A stretch of DNA of 64,000 nt from Slackia sp. (GTDB lineage Bacteria > Actinomycetota > Coriobacteriia > Coriobacteriales > Eggerthellaceae), in the NCBI GenBank assembly GCA_030525985.1, contig JAUNDR010000004.1:3327-67326 (forward strand). The letters are read 5' to 3'. Shown piece by piece: positions 55,517 through 63,186 of this stretch. A program made the translations under genes and the position numbers. Position 1 is the first letter of the stretch. Each line of letters opens with the position of its first letter. The notes beneath the pieces are model-generated. The model saw only the letters and a program-made list of their open reading frames with translations, searched no databases and was not told where the DNA came from.

Positions 55517-56197
55517 ATGTATATCGTGATCATGGGCGGCGGCAAGGTGGGAAGCTATCTGGCCGACGTTCTTTTGAGGCAGCGTCACGAGGTGGCCGTG
55601 CTTGAAGCGAACCGGGCGCAAGCCGACCGTTTGTCCATGGAGCTGCAGGGGCAGTATCTCATCATCAACGGCGACGGCTGCGACTCCGACTTCCAGGAGG
55701 ATGCGGGCATCCGCAACGCCGATGTGTTCGTAGCGGTCACGGGCCGCGACGACGATAACCTGGTGGCGTGCGAAATCGCAACGCGTGTGTTCAACGTTCC
55801 GCGCTGCATTGCTCGCGTGAACAATCCGAAGAACCGCCGTATCTTCCGCGAGGTGGGCATCGAAAGCGTGTCGTCCACCATCCTCATTGCGAACATGATC
55901 GAAGAAGAGGCCCTGCTCGGCAGCGTGGGCGTGGTGTCGGCGCTTTCTCGCGGCGATATCGTTTTGATCGAGCTGGGCGTGCCCGCGCGCATGAAGCATT
56001 TCGACCCCGAGGAAGGGGTGCCCGTCTACATGGTGGCGCTTCCCGAGGGCGCCCTTCTGGTGGCGATCGACCGCTGCGAAGACGGCGATGCGGAAATCGC
56101 GGCGCCCGATTCCATTTTGTATCCGGGCGACAAGGCCGTCGTGATTGCCGAGCATGACGTCGTGGATGACGTGCGCGCCCTGTTCGCCCATTTGTAG
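55517..56197 (+). CDS. TrkA/KtrA-family potassium transporter NAD-binding subunit (second copy)
   Basis: 226 aa; MYIVIMGGGKVGSYLA; no TrkH/KtrB membrane subunit adjacent. Confidence 0.88.
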   Translation: MYIVIMGGGKVGSYLADVLLRQRHEVAVLEANRAQADRLSMELQGQYLIINGDGCDSDFQEDAGIRNADVFVAVTGRDDDNLVACEIATRVFNVPRCIARVNNPKNRRIFREVGIESVSSTILIANMIEEEALLGSVGVVSALSRGDIVLIELGVPARMKHFDPEEGVPVYMVALPEGALLVAIDRCEDGDAEIAAPDSILYPGDKAVVIAEHDVVDDVRALFAHL

Positions 56198-56496
56198 ATG
56201 GGGCGGAAAGGCGAGGCGCTCGCGCGAATTGCCGCTTCGGCCTCGGTTGCCTTTCGGGTATCGCGGTCGCGGGTTTGCGGGATTTTCGCGCTTCGTGCTA
56301 TTGCGCCTCGGCGGGTCGGACCACCGCCTTTCCGTTTGTTTTTCACGCATCCTTTCCGCTTCGTTGCGCCTGCATGAGGGCTCGCACGGCGGCTCAACTT
56401 ATAATGGCGTGATATGAAAAATTCTCGTGCGGATCCGCTTCCCGCGCCGCCCTGTTCGGCACGCGGCGCGGCTCTGCTTGGTCGAAAGGAACGGGC

Positions 56497-57840
56497 ATGA
56501 TTTCTCGATATACGCGTCCTGTCATGGGCAGGATCTGGGAGTTCGAAAACAAGTTTTCCATCTGGCAGGAAATCGAGGTGCTTGCGTGCGAGGCGCAGGC
56601 CGAGCTGGGAGAATGCGGCATTACGAAAGAAGATGCCGCCTGGATTCGCGAGCATGCGGGCTTCACGGTGGAGCGCATCAACGAGATCGAGGCCGTCACG
56701 CATCACGACGTAATCGCCTTTTTGACCTGTATGGGCGAGCATATCGACGCCGAGGTTCCCGAGGGCGCCGAAAAGCCCAGCCGCTGGGTGCATTACGGCA
56801 TGACGTCGTCCGACTTGGGCGACACGGCGCTGTCGTACCAGGTGATGCAGTCTATCGACGTTATCCTGGAAGACGTGAAGGCGCTCGGCGAAACGTGCAA
56901 GCGCCGCGCGTTCGAGCTGCAGGACGCCCTGTGCGCCGGCCGCACGCACGGCATCCACGCCGAGCCCATGACGTTCGGCATGAAGTTCGGCAGCTGGGCC
57001 TGGGCGCTCAAACGCACGCAGACGCGCCTTGAGGAGGCCCGTGCCGTGGCGGCGACGGGCGCCATCTCGGGTGCGGTGGGCACGTATTCGAGCATCGACC
57101 CGTTCGTCGAGCAGTACGTGTGCGAGAAGCTGGGCCTTGCCGCCGACCCCCTGTCCACGCAGGTGCTGTTCCGCGATCGTCATGCCCAGGTGCTCTCGGC
57201 GCTTGCCGTGGCTGCGAGCGTGCTCGAGACCATCGCGCTGCAGGTGCGCCTTATGCAGGAAACCGACGTCATCGAGGCTGAGGAGCCGTTCCGCGCGGGT
57301 CAGAAGGGCAGCTCCGCCATGCCGCACAAGCGCAATCCCATCACGGCCGAGCGCGTTTGCGGCCTGGCGCGCGTGGTGAAGGCGAATGCCCAGGTGGGCT
57401 TCGACGACGTGGCGCTGTGGTTCGAGCGCGACATCTCGCATTCAGGCGCCGAGCGCGTGGTGCTGGCCGACAGCTTCGCCGCGCTCGATTACATGTTCTC
57501 CAAGATGCAGTGGATGCTCGACGGTTTGCAGGTGTATCCCGACAAGATGGAGTACAACCTCAACCGCACGCGCGGTTTGATTTATTCGTCGAAGGTGCTG
57601 TTGGCACTGGTGGACACGGGAATCACGCGCGAAGAGGCGTATGCGATCGTGCAGCGTAACGCGATGGCCGTATGGGAGGACATCCAAAACGCCGTGGACG
57701 GTCCGACGTATCGCGAGCGCTTGGAGGCCGACCCCGAGGCGAAGCTTTCGGCCGCCAAGCTTGATGAGATTTTCGATCCGTGGGCGTTCCTGGGCCACAA
57801 AGACGTGGTGTTCAAGAAGCTCGAGGCGCTGGAGTTCTAA
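56497..57840 (+). CDS. purB: adenylosuccinate lyase
   Basis: 447 aa; MISRYTRPVMGRIWE...; fumarate-lyase signature GSSAMPHKRNP. Confidence 0.95.
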   Translation: MISRYTRPVMGRIWEFENKFSIWQEIEVLACEAQAELGECGITKEDAAWIREHAGFTVERINEIEAVTHHDVIAFLTCMGEHIDAEVPEGAEKPSRWVHYGMTSSDLGDTALSYQVMQSIDVILEDVKALGETCKRRAFELQDALCAGRTHGIHAEPMTFGMKFGSWAWALKRTQTRLEEARAVAATGAISGAVGTYSSIDPFVEQYVCEKLGLAADPLSTQVLFRDRHAQVLSALAVAASVLETIALQVRLMQETDVIEAEEPFRAGQKGSSAMPHKRNPITAERVCGLARVVKANAQVGFDDVALWFERDISHSGAERVVLADSFAALDYMFSKMQWMLDGLQVYPDKMEYNLNRTRGLIYSSKVLLALVDTGITREEAYAIVQRNAMAVWEDIQNAVDGPTYRERLEADPEAKLSAAKLDEIFDPWAFLGHKDVVFKKLEALEF

Positions 57841-57860
57841 AGCGTGCTGCGACCTCTGAC

Positions 57861-57937
57861 GAACCGCCCCTCTCCTCCGCAGTGGGAAGAGGGGCGGTTC
57901 TGCGTGCGCCTGCTCGCCTGTGGGTGGCGAGCAGGCG
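57861..57937 (+). terminator. two consecutive perfect GC-rich hairpins after purB
   Basis: 13-bp stem gaaccgcccctct/agaggggcggttc (57861-57900) and 12-bp stem cgcctgctcgcc/ggcgagcaggcg (57907-57937); no T-tails. Confidence 0.6.
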
Positions 57938-58020
57938 TCGTTCACAGGCGAGGTTCTTCGGGCCAAATCAAGAAGATCGCCGCAATTCGGCCGTCGGTGC
58001 CTATGATGGCGCGTCCTGCT

Positions 58021-58063
58021 GCATCATTTCGGGGTGAAATGATGCAGCAGGACGGTTCGATGA
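58021..58063. repeat. perfect 19-bp-stem hairpin
   Basis: cgtcctgctgcatcatttc - ggggt - gaaatgatgcagcaggacg. Confidence 0.9.
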
Positions 58064-58391
58064 TGGAGAAAGCCCGCCGAAGGGACGGACGCGTCGGATG
58101 GATGGGGCCTTTGTGGCGGCGAGCGTATCCAGCGTGTCGGGCTGTTCGGCGACTTTGGGCGGCGTTGGCGGTTGTCGACATTCCCGCTTATCGTGCCGGC
58201 CATATTGCCGCACCCGCAAACGAGCATTTTCTTGCCAAGCGATTGCATAAAAACGCCCGTTTGCGGGTGCGGTTCGGCGATGCAGCGGAAAAATGCTTGT
58301 TTGAGGGGCGGACGCTGAATTCCCGCAAATCTTTCGTTTACCATAGCCGTCGACAAAGATTGTCGAACGTGCGAAAAGCGAGGTGCCGAAG

Positions 58392-59798
58392 ATGGCTGAA
58401 ATAACGGGAATGGCAAGCATGGTGGGGAAGTCGAATGGGAGCCGACCCGGGGCAGACCGCGATGCCGCCCGTTATCGCGAAGCGGCCGAAGGATTGGCGG
58501 CGTTTCTCGAGGAGAGTCCGAGCATGTTCCACGCTGTTGCTGCGGCGTGTCGCAGGCTCGATGCGGCGGGGTTCGCGCGTCTTGCCGAAGGCGATGGATG
58601 GAGCGTCGAGCCTGGTCGCGGCTACTATGCGGTACGCAACGGTTCGAGCGTCATCGCGTTTCGTGTGGGCGAGGCGGCGCATCCGCAAACGGACGATTTC
58701 CATTTCAAGTTGACGGCGTCGCATTCCGATTCTCCGACATTCAAGGTGAAGGCCGTTCCCGAACTCGCGGGTGTAGGAGAATCGCTGCGCCTGAATGTCG
58801 AAGCATACGGCGGCATGATCGACTATACGTGGTTCGATCGCCCGCTCTCGATCGCGGGTCGCGTGTTGGTGCGCGACGGCAATCGCATCGAAAGCAGGCT
58901 TATCGCCCCCGATCGCGATTTGCTGCTTATTCCCAGCGTGGCCGTGCATCTCGACCGTGGCGTGAACAGCGGTTTCGCGCCGAATAGGCAGGTCGATCTG
59001 TGCCCGCTCTTCTCGGCGGGAAAGCTTGAGCGCGGCGCTTTCGATGCGTTGGTTGCCGAAGAAGTGGGGGCGGTTCCTGAACAGGTTCTCGCGCGCGATC
59101 TGTTCTTGGCGAATCGACAGAAGCCATGCATCTGGGGCGCTGCGGACGAGTTTTTCTCGGCGCCGAAGCTCGACGACTTGGCTTGCGCCTACGTGTCGCT
59201 CGAAGCGTTCTTGCGCTGCAAGAACGATGCCGCCGTTTCGGTATGGTGTTGCTTCGACAACGAAGAAGTGGGGTCGAACACCAAGCAGGGCGCCATGTCG
59301 ACGTTTTTGCCCGATGTTCTGATGCGCGTATGCGCCGCACTGGGCGGCGCCGATGAGGACTACCGCCGTGCGTTGGCGAAGTCGATGCTTGTGAGCTGCG
59401 ATAATGCGCATGCGGTGCATCCGAACCATCCCGAAAAATACGACGAGGCCAATCGCTGCGTCCTCAACGGCGGCATTGCGGTGAAAGAGGCTGCCAATCA
59501 GCATTACTGCACCGACGCATTCAGCCGCGCGGCGTTTTTGGTGCTGTGCGCCGATGCGGGCACGCCTGTTCAGACGTTTGCGAATCGCAGCGACACGGCG
59601 GGCGGGTCGACGCTCGGCAACTTGTCGAATATTCAGGCGAGCATGCATGCCATCGACGTCGGATTGCCGCAGCTGGCCATGCATTCGTCGTTCGAAACCA
59701 TGGGTGCGCTCGATGTGTTGCACGGCATTCGCGCGGTCGAGGCATTCTATGGCGCCGACCTACGCATCGACGGGGCGGATGCGGTGACGATCGGATAA
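58392..59798 (+). CDS. M18-family aminopeptidase (aspartyl aminopeptidase-like)
   Basis: ATG 58392 follows GAGGTG, while the ORF opens at GTG 58383. M18-like motifs (HSDSPTFKVK, DNEEVGS, HSSFETMG). Confidence 0.85.
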   Translation: MAEITGMASMVGKSNGSRPGADRDAARYREAAEGLAAFLEESPSMFHAVAAACRRLDAAGFARLAEGDGWSVEPGRGYYAVRNGSSVIAFRVGEAAHPQTDDFHFKLTASHSDSPTFKVKAVPELAGVGESLRLNVEAYGGMIDYTWFDRPLSIAGRVLVRDGNRIESRLIAPDRDLLLIPSVAVHLDRGVNSGFAPNRQVDLCPLFSAGKLERGAFDALVAEEVGAVPEQVLARDLFLANRQKPCIWGAADEFFSAPKLDDLACAYVSLEAFLRCKNDAAVSVWCCFDNEEVGSNTKQGAMSTFLPDVLMRVCAALGGADEDYRRALAKSMLVSCDNAHAVHPNHPEKYDEANRCVLNGGIAVKEAANQHYCTDAFSRAAFLVLCADAGTPVQTFANRSDTAGGSTLGNLSNIQASMHAIDVGLPQLAMHSSFETMGALDVLHGIRAVEAFYGADLRIDGADAVTIG

Positions 59799-59840
59799 GG
59801 GCGTCCGAGGCGGCGTGTTGCGTTGCGGTCGGTTGGGCTG

Positions 59841-59877
59841 AGCAGGAACGGGCGTCTTTTCGGCGCCCGTTTCTGCT
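59841..59877 (+). terminator. terminator hairpin after the aminopeptidase gene
   Basis: 14-bp stem with one mismatch: agcaggaacgggcg/cgcccgtttctgct. Confidence 0.65.
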
Positions 59878-59969
59878 ATCCAGGCGTTGTGTTGCATCCA
59901 GCGCCCGCTCAATCTATCTGTGGTTTTCGGCTTTGCCCCCAGGTTTCATCCCATCCCTGCGCTCGTTTG

Positions 59970-59999
59970 GTATAAATGAGTATAAATCGGTATAGATTG
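59970..59999 (+). repeat. three tandem 10-bp repeats GTATAAATGA / GTATAAATCG / GTATAGATTG
   Basis: Read directly; ends 22 nt before the ATPase start codon. Confidence 0.85.
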
Positions 60000-60021
60000 A
60001 TGGACGATACGGAGGTGCGGC

Positions 60022-61176
60022 ATGGGAATGAATCCGTTCAAGCTGACGGCGGGGAAGATGCCGCCTATCCTTATCGGAAGGCAGGATATCGCAGACGATT
60101 TTGTCGAAGCGCTCGACAACGGCGCAGGGGCTCCTGGGCGACTCATGCTTATCACGGGGCAGCGCGGTTGCGGCAAAACGGTGATGCTGTCCGAGCTGCG
60201 GCGTATCGCCATCGAACGCGGGTGGGTCGTGATTTCCGAAACGGCTTCGCGCGGCATGTGCGAGCGCCTGGTGGGCGCACTCGCACCTCGCGGCATTCGC
60301 TTGGCGGATGCGAGCATCAATCCGTCGATCGGCATTGCCGGCGTAGCGAACGCCAGTCTCGGGAGCTTGTCGTTTTCGACGCCCGAGCAGGGAGCGCTTA
60401 CGCTGCGTGCGGCTATCGGGGACCGGCTGAAGAAGCTTCCGAAAGGCAAGGGCATCGTGTTCGCCATCGACGAGGCGCAGGCGGCGTCGACGGCGGATAT
60501 GATCGCGTTGGCGACGACGTTTCAACATGTTCTGAGCGACCAGGATATGACTGGTCTTCCGGATAGCGAGCAGCGCGGCGTGGCCCTGGTCTTTGCGGGG
60601 CTGCCTTCATTGGTGGACGATTTGCTTGAAAACGAAGTGCTGACGTTTTTGAGAAGAAGCCAGAGGCAAATTGTCGGCGATGTTCCGCTTCCTGATGCGC
60701 GTGATGCGTACGTGCAGGCCGTGCGCGATGCGGGAAAGTCGATCGACGTGCTCGTTGCGACGGCCGCCGCGCGTGCTGCGGGAGGGCATCCGTATTTGTT
60801 GCAGCTTGTGGGTTATTACATGTGGCGCGCGTCCGACAGGCGTGGTTCTTCCGCGATAGAAGCGTGCGATGTGGAGGATGGGGCCGCCGATGCCATGATG
60901 GCTTTTTATGATGCCGTGTGCGCGCCGCTCTATTACGGATTGCGCAGCCCCCAGCGTCTTTTCGTAGAAGCCATGGCGAAAGACGACCCCGAGCCGTCGC
61001 GCATGTCCGATATCACACAACGCGCTCGCCGAACGGCAAGCTGGACAAGCAAATACCGTGCAAGTCTCATTCGCGAGCGCGTGATAGAGCCTGCAGGATA
61101 CGGGATCGTCCGATTGAGCGTTCCTTACTTGGGGGCTTACATGAGGGATGAGATTTTGTGGAAAGCGACTCGATAG
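60022..61176 (+). CDS. AAA/ORC-like ATPase with C-terminal winged-helix domain
   Basis: 384 aa; Walker A ITGQRGCGKTV; Walker B IVFAIDEAQ; C-terminal wHTH-like RMSDITQRARRTASWTSKYRASLIRERVIEP; GGAGGTG RBS. Confidence 0.75.
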   Translation: MGMNPFKLTAGKMPPILIGRQDIADDFVEALDNGAGAPGRLMLITGQRGCGKTVMLSELRRIAIERGWVVISETASRGMCERLVGALAPRGIRLADASINPSIGIAGVANASLGSLSFSTPEQGALTLRAAIGDRLKKLPKGKGIVFAIDEAQAASTADMIALATTFQHVLSDQDMTGLPDSEQRGVALVFAGLPSLVDDLLENEVLTFLRRSQRQIVGDVPLPDARDAYVQAVRDAGKSIDVLVATAAARAAGGHPYLLQLVGYYMWRASDRRGSSAIEACDVEDGAADAMMAFYDAVCAPLYYGLRSPQRLFVEAMAKDDPEPSRMSDITQRARRTASWTSKYRASLIRERVIEPAGYGIVRLSVPYLGAYMRDEILWKATR

Positions 61177-61279
61177 CGTCTGCGGCCGTCCGTTTTTCCG
61201 TGCGGTTTTCCCCACGAAGGATGGCGAGTTTGGGAAGTTTTCCCCATTTCCACCGAGCAATCGAAGAGCGATTGAAGTG

Positions 61280-61319
61280 AAAAATCGGGCTTTTGCCGTG
61301 TGCAAAGGCCCGATTTTTT
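61280..61319 (+). terminator. rho-independent terminator after the ATPase gene
   Basis: 11-bp stem aaaaatcgggc/gcccgattttt with an inner helix and T-tail. Confidence 0.75.
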
Positions 61320-61459
61320 GCGTTTTCGTCCGGCTATTTTGCATAAACGGGCGTAAATCGCGATTTCCCTCCGGACAAAAGTATCTTTTTTAGTGTTAAC
61401 TAAAACAAAACACTCGATTACCCTTTTTGCTCTTATATTCACAGAAAGGGCTATAAGTT

Positions 61460-61476
61460 ATTAACAATTAGTTAAT
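61460..61476. promoter_or_regulatory. dyad ATTAAC-N5-GTTAAT upstream of the LysR gene
   Basis: attaacaattagttaat, 40 nt upstream of GTG 61516, in an AT-rich promoter region. Confidence 0.45.
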
Positions 61477-61515
61477 ACACTGTGGAAAACTAAGGGAAAA
61501 AGAAAGGGGGAGGGT

Positions 61516-62328
61516 GTGTACGACCGCCGGCTCGATTCCATCGTTGCGGCAGCGGATTGCGGAAGCTTTTCGAAAGCCGCCAAACAGCTCGGCGTGTCCA
61601 CGCCCGCCCTTGCCAAGCGCATCGAAGCGTTCGAGGCCGAATACGACATCGCGCTTTTCAACCGCACGCGCCGCGGCGTATTCCTCACGCCTGCGGGCGC
61701 TTCGATCGTCGATGATGCCCGTGCCCTTATGCGGCAGTCGCGCGACGTGCTGCGCCGCGCCCGCGAGCAGGAGACGTTCGGCGGCGTCACGGTGCGTTTG
61801 GGAATTTCTGCGGCGTGTCCCGCGCCTACGGTGCTCGCCGCGTGGCCGCGCATCCACGAGTCCGATTCGTCTTTGCATTTGGAGTTGGTGCCGATCGGCG
61901 ATATCTACGACGACGATGTTGCGGTCGTCGCGCATCTCGGCGGCAGCGTGGATATCGTCGAAGTGTCAGACGTCTCTTTGGCTGCGTGCGAGAAGCTCTG
62001 GGGAAGCGTCTGCCGCGTCGATCCGCTGCCGTCTGTCAGCGGCGGCTTGGCGTACGGCGCATCGCGCACGGACGCCCGATTTGCGCCCGTTGCATCGTCC
62101 GTCGACGGTGCGCTCGCAGCTGCCGCACATCCTGATGTTTCGTCTGCGCCCGCCTCATTGTCTGGCTGCGGTTCGTTCGATCCTGCGGGGTTGTCCGCTT
62201 CCGCGTCCGCCAGCGATTCGCCTGCGGTTTGCGCAATTCCCGTTTCGGGCGTTCTTCTCTGGCCTTCGCACCCCTCATCTGCGACGGCTCGCTTCGTCGC
62301 GCTGCTGAATGGTTCCTCGCAAGGGTAG
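61516..62328 (+). CDS. LysR-family transcriptional regulator (divergent, low-complexity C-terminal half)
   Basis: GTG start after AAAGGGGGAGGG; HTH LDSIVAAADCGSFSKAAKQLGVSTPALAKRIEAFEAEYDIALFNRTRRGV; Ala/Ser-rich insertion in the effector domain. Confidence 0.75.
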   Translation: MYDRRLDSIVAAADCGSFSKAAKQLGVSTPALAKRIEAFEAEYDIALFNRTRRGVFLTPAGASIVDDARALMRQSRDVLRRAREQETFGGVTVRLGISAACPAPTVLAAWPRIHESDSSLHLELVPIGDIYDDDVAVVAHLGGSVDIVEVSDVSLAACEKLWGSVCRVDPLPSVSGGLAYGASRTDARFAPVASSVDGALAAAAHPDVSSAPASLSGCGSFDPAGLSASASASDSPAVCAIPVSGVLLWPSHPSSATARFVALLNGSSQG

Positions 62329-62420
62329 GGGCTGCGTCTTCAACGCGGCGCAGGAATCGCTCGTCTTCTCTATGCGGTCTATATCGCTATGCTGCTATCA
62401 ATTACGGAGAAAGGAGCGGC

Positions 62421-62780
62421 ATGGCAACGGCAGCTCAGCTTAATACGCGCACCGACTCGGCTCTTGAGTGGAGCGGCGATGCTGTTTTCGCGCGTAACGG
62501 ATGCAGTCCGAGCGAGGTGGCGTGAGCCGTCTGGCGCTATGCTGCCGAATATCAGACGGTTCCGCCGTTTATGAAAGAGCAGGATTCGTGCGATTGCGAT
62601 GGTCCTGCGTCGCCCGCCATTTCGCACACCGCCAATGGGGCGGGGCTTGCGGTTCACGTTGCGGTCGAGGCGTGTGGCTACCGTCCGTCTCCTCAGACGA
62701 CTGACGAGTGGGATTACGAGAAAATGCGTGAAGACATGTACGACTGCATACTTGAAGAAATGCAAAAGCGATACCGGTAG
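62421..62780 (+). pseudogene. RelB/DinJ-family antitoxin gene interrupted by an in-frame TGA (codon 35)
   Basis: MATAAQLNTRTDSALEWSGDAVFARNGCSPSEVA*AVWRYAAEYQTVPPFMK... follows the DinJ ribbon-helix-helix layout. GGAGAAAGGAG RBS; no toxin ORF downstream. Confidence 0.55.
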
Positions 62781-62939
62781 CGCGCTTTTCGACCGTGCCG
62801 GCTATACACCCCCTTCGAGCGGCCGGTCGATGAGATTAGTGATGCGCCCGCCCCTGTGATTTCCGTACGGTAGCGATTGAGTGCGAGAACGGTTTTCGGA
62901 AAGGGATAAAGCGGGCTCTCGAAAGGGTTTGTCTCGATG

Positions 62940-62967
62940 AAGATTGTCGAGTCAGCTCGACAATCTT
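62940..62967. repeat. perfect 12-bp-stem hairpin aagattgtcgag-tcag-ctcgacaatctt
   Basis: Read directly; nested inside a 9-bp IR ttccgtacg (62861-62869) / cgtacggaa (62976-62984). Confidence 0.85.
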
Positions 62968-63060
62968 GCTTTAAACGTACGGAATATCGAGTCGACCTGA
63001 CGTTTTACTGCGTGGTTCGCGTCTGTAATTAGTGGAAATAGCAGCAGGAAAGCCCGTGTG

Positions 63061-63077
63061 CATTAACCGGCGGTTAA
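63061..63077. promoter_or_regulatory. dyad ATTAAC-N5-GTTAAT upstream of the XRE gene
   Basis: attaaccggcggttaat, 110 nt upstream of ATG 63187; same arms and spacing as 61460-61476. Confidence 0.45.
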
Positions 63078-63186
63078 TTTTTCCTGCCCGCAGTGCGTCG
63101 TATCTTCAATTGTGAACCGTCCGCCTATCCGGTCAAATAAAGCCACGGCGCGCCGCCTGGATTTGCTTTCGACCGGAGGGACAGCC

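Noticed and set aside
54818-56197. Two TrkA genes without TrkH/KtrB as an anomaly.
   Set aside because: Split or duplicated RCK subunits encoded apart from the membrane subunit are common. Nothing in the sequence itself is unusual.
62523-62525. In-frame TGA in the DinJ-like gene read as selenocysteine or programmed readthrough.
   Set aside because: I saw no SECIS-like hairpin directly downstream of the TGA. A Sec in an RHH antitoxin has no precedent that I know of. Absence of a partner toxin fits gene decay better.
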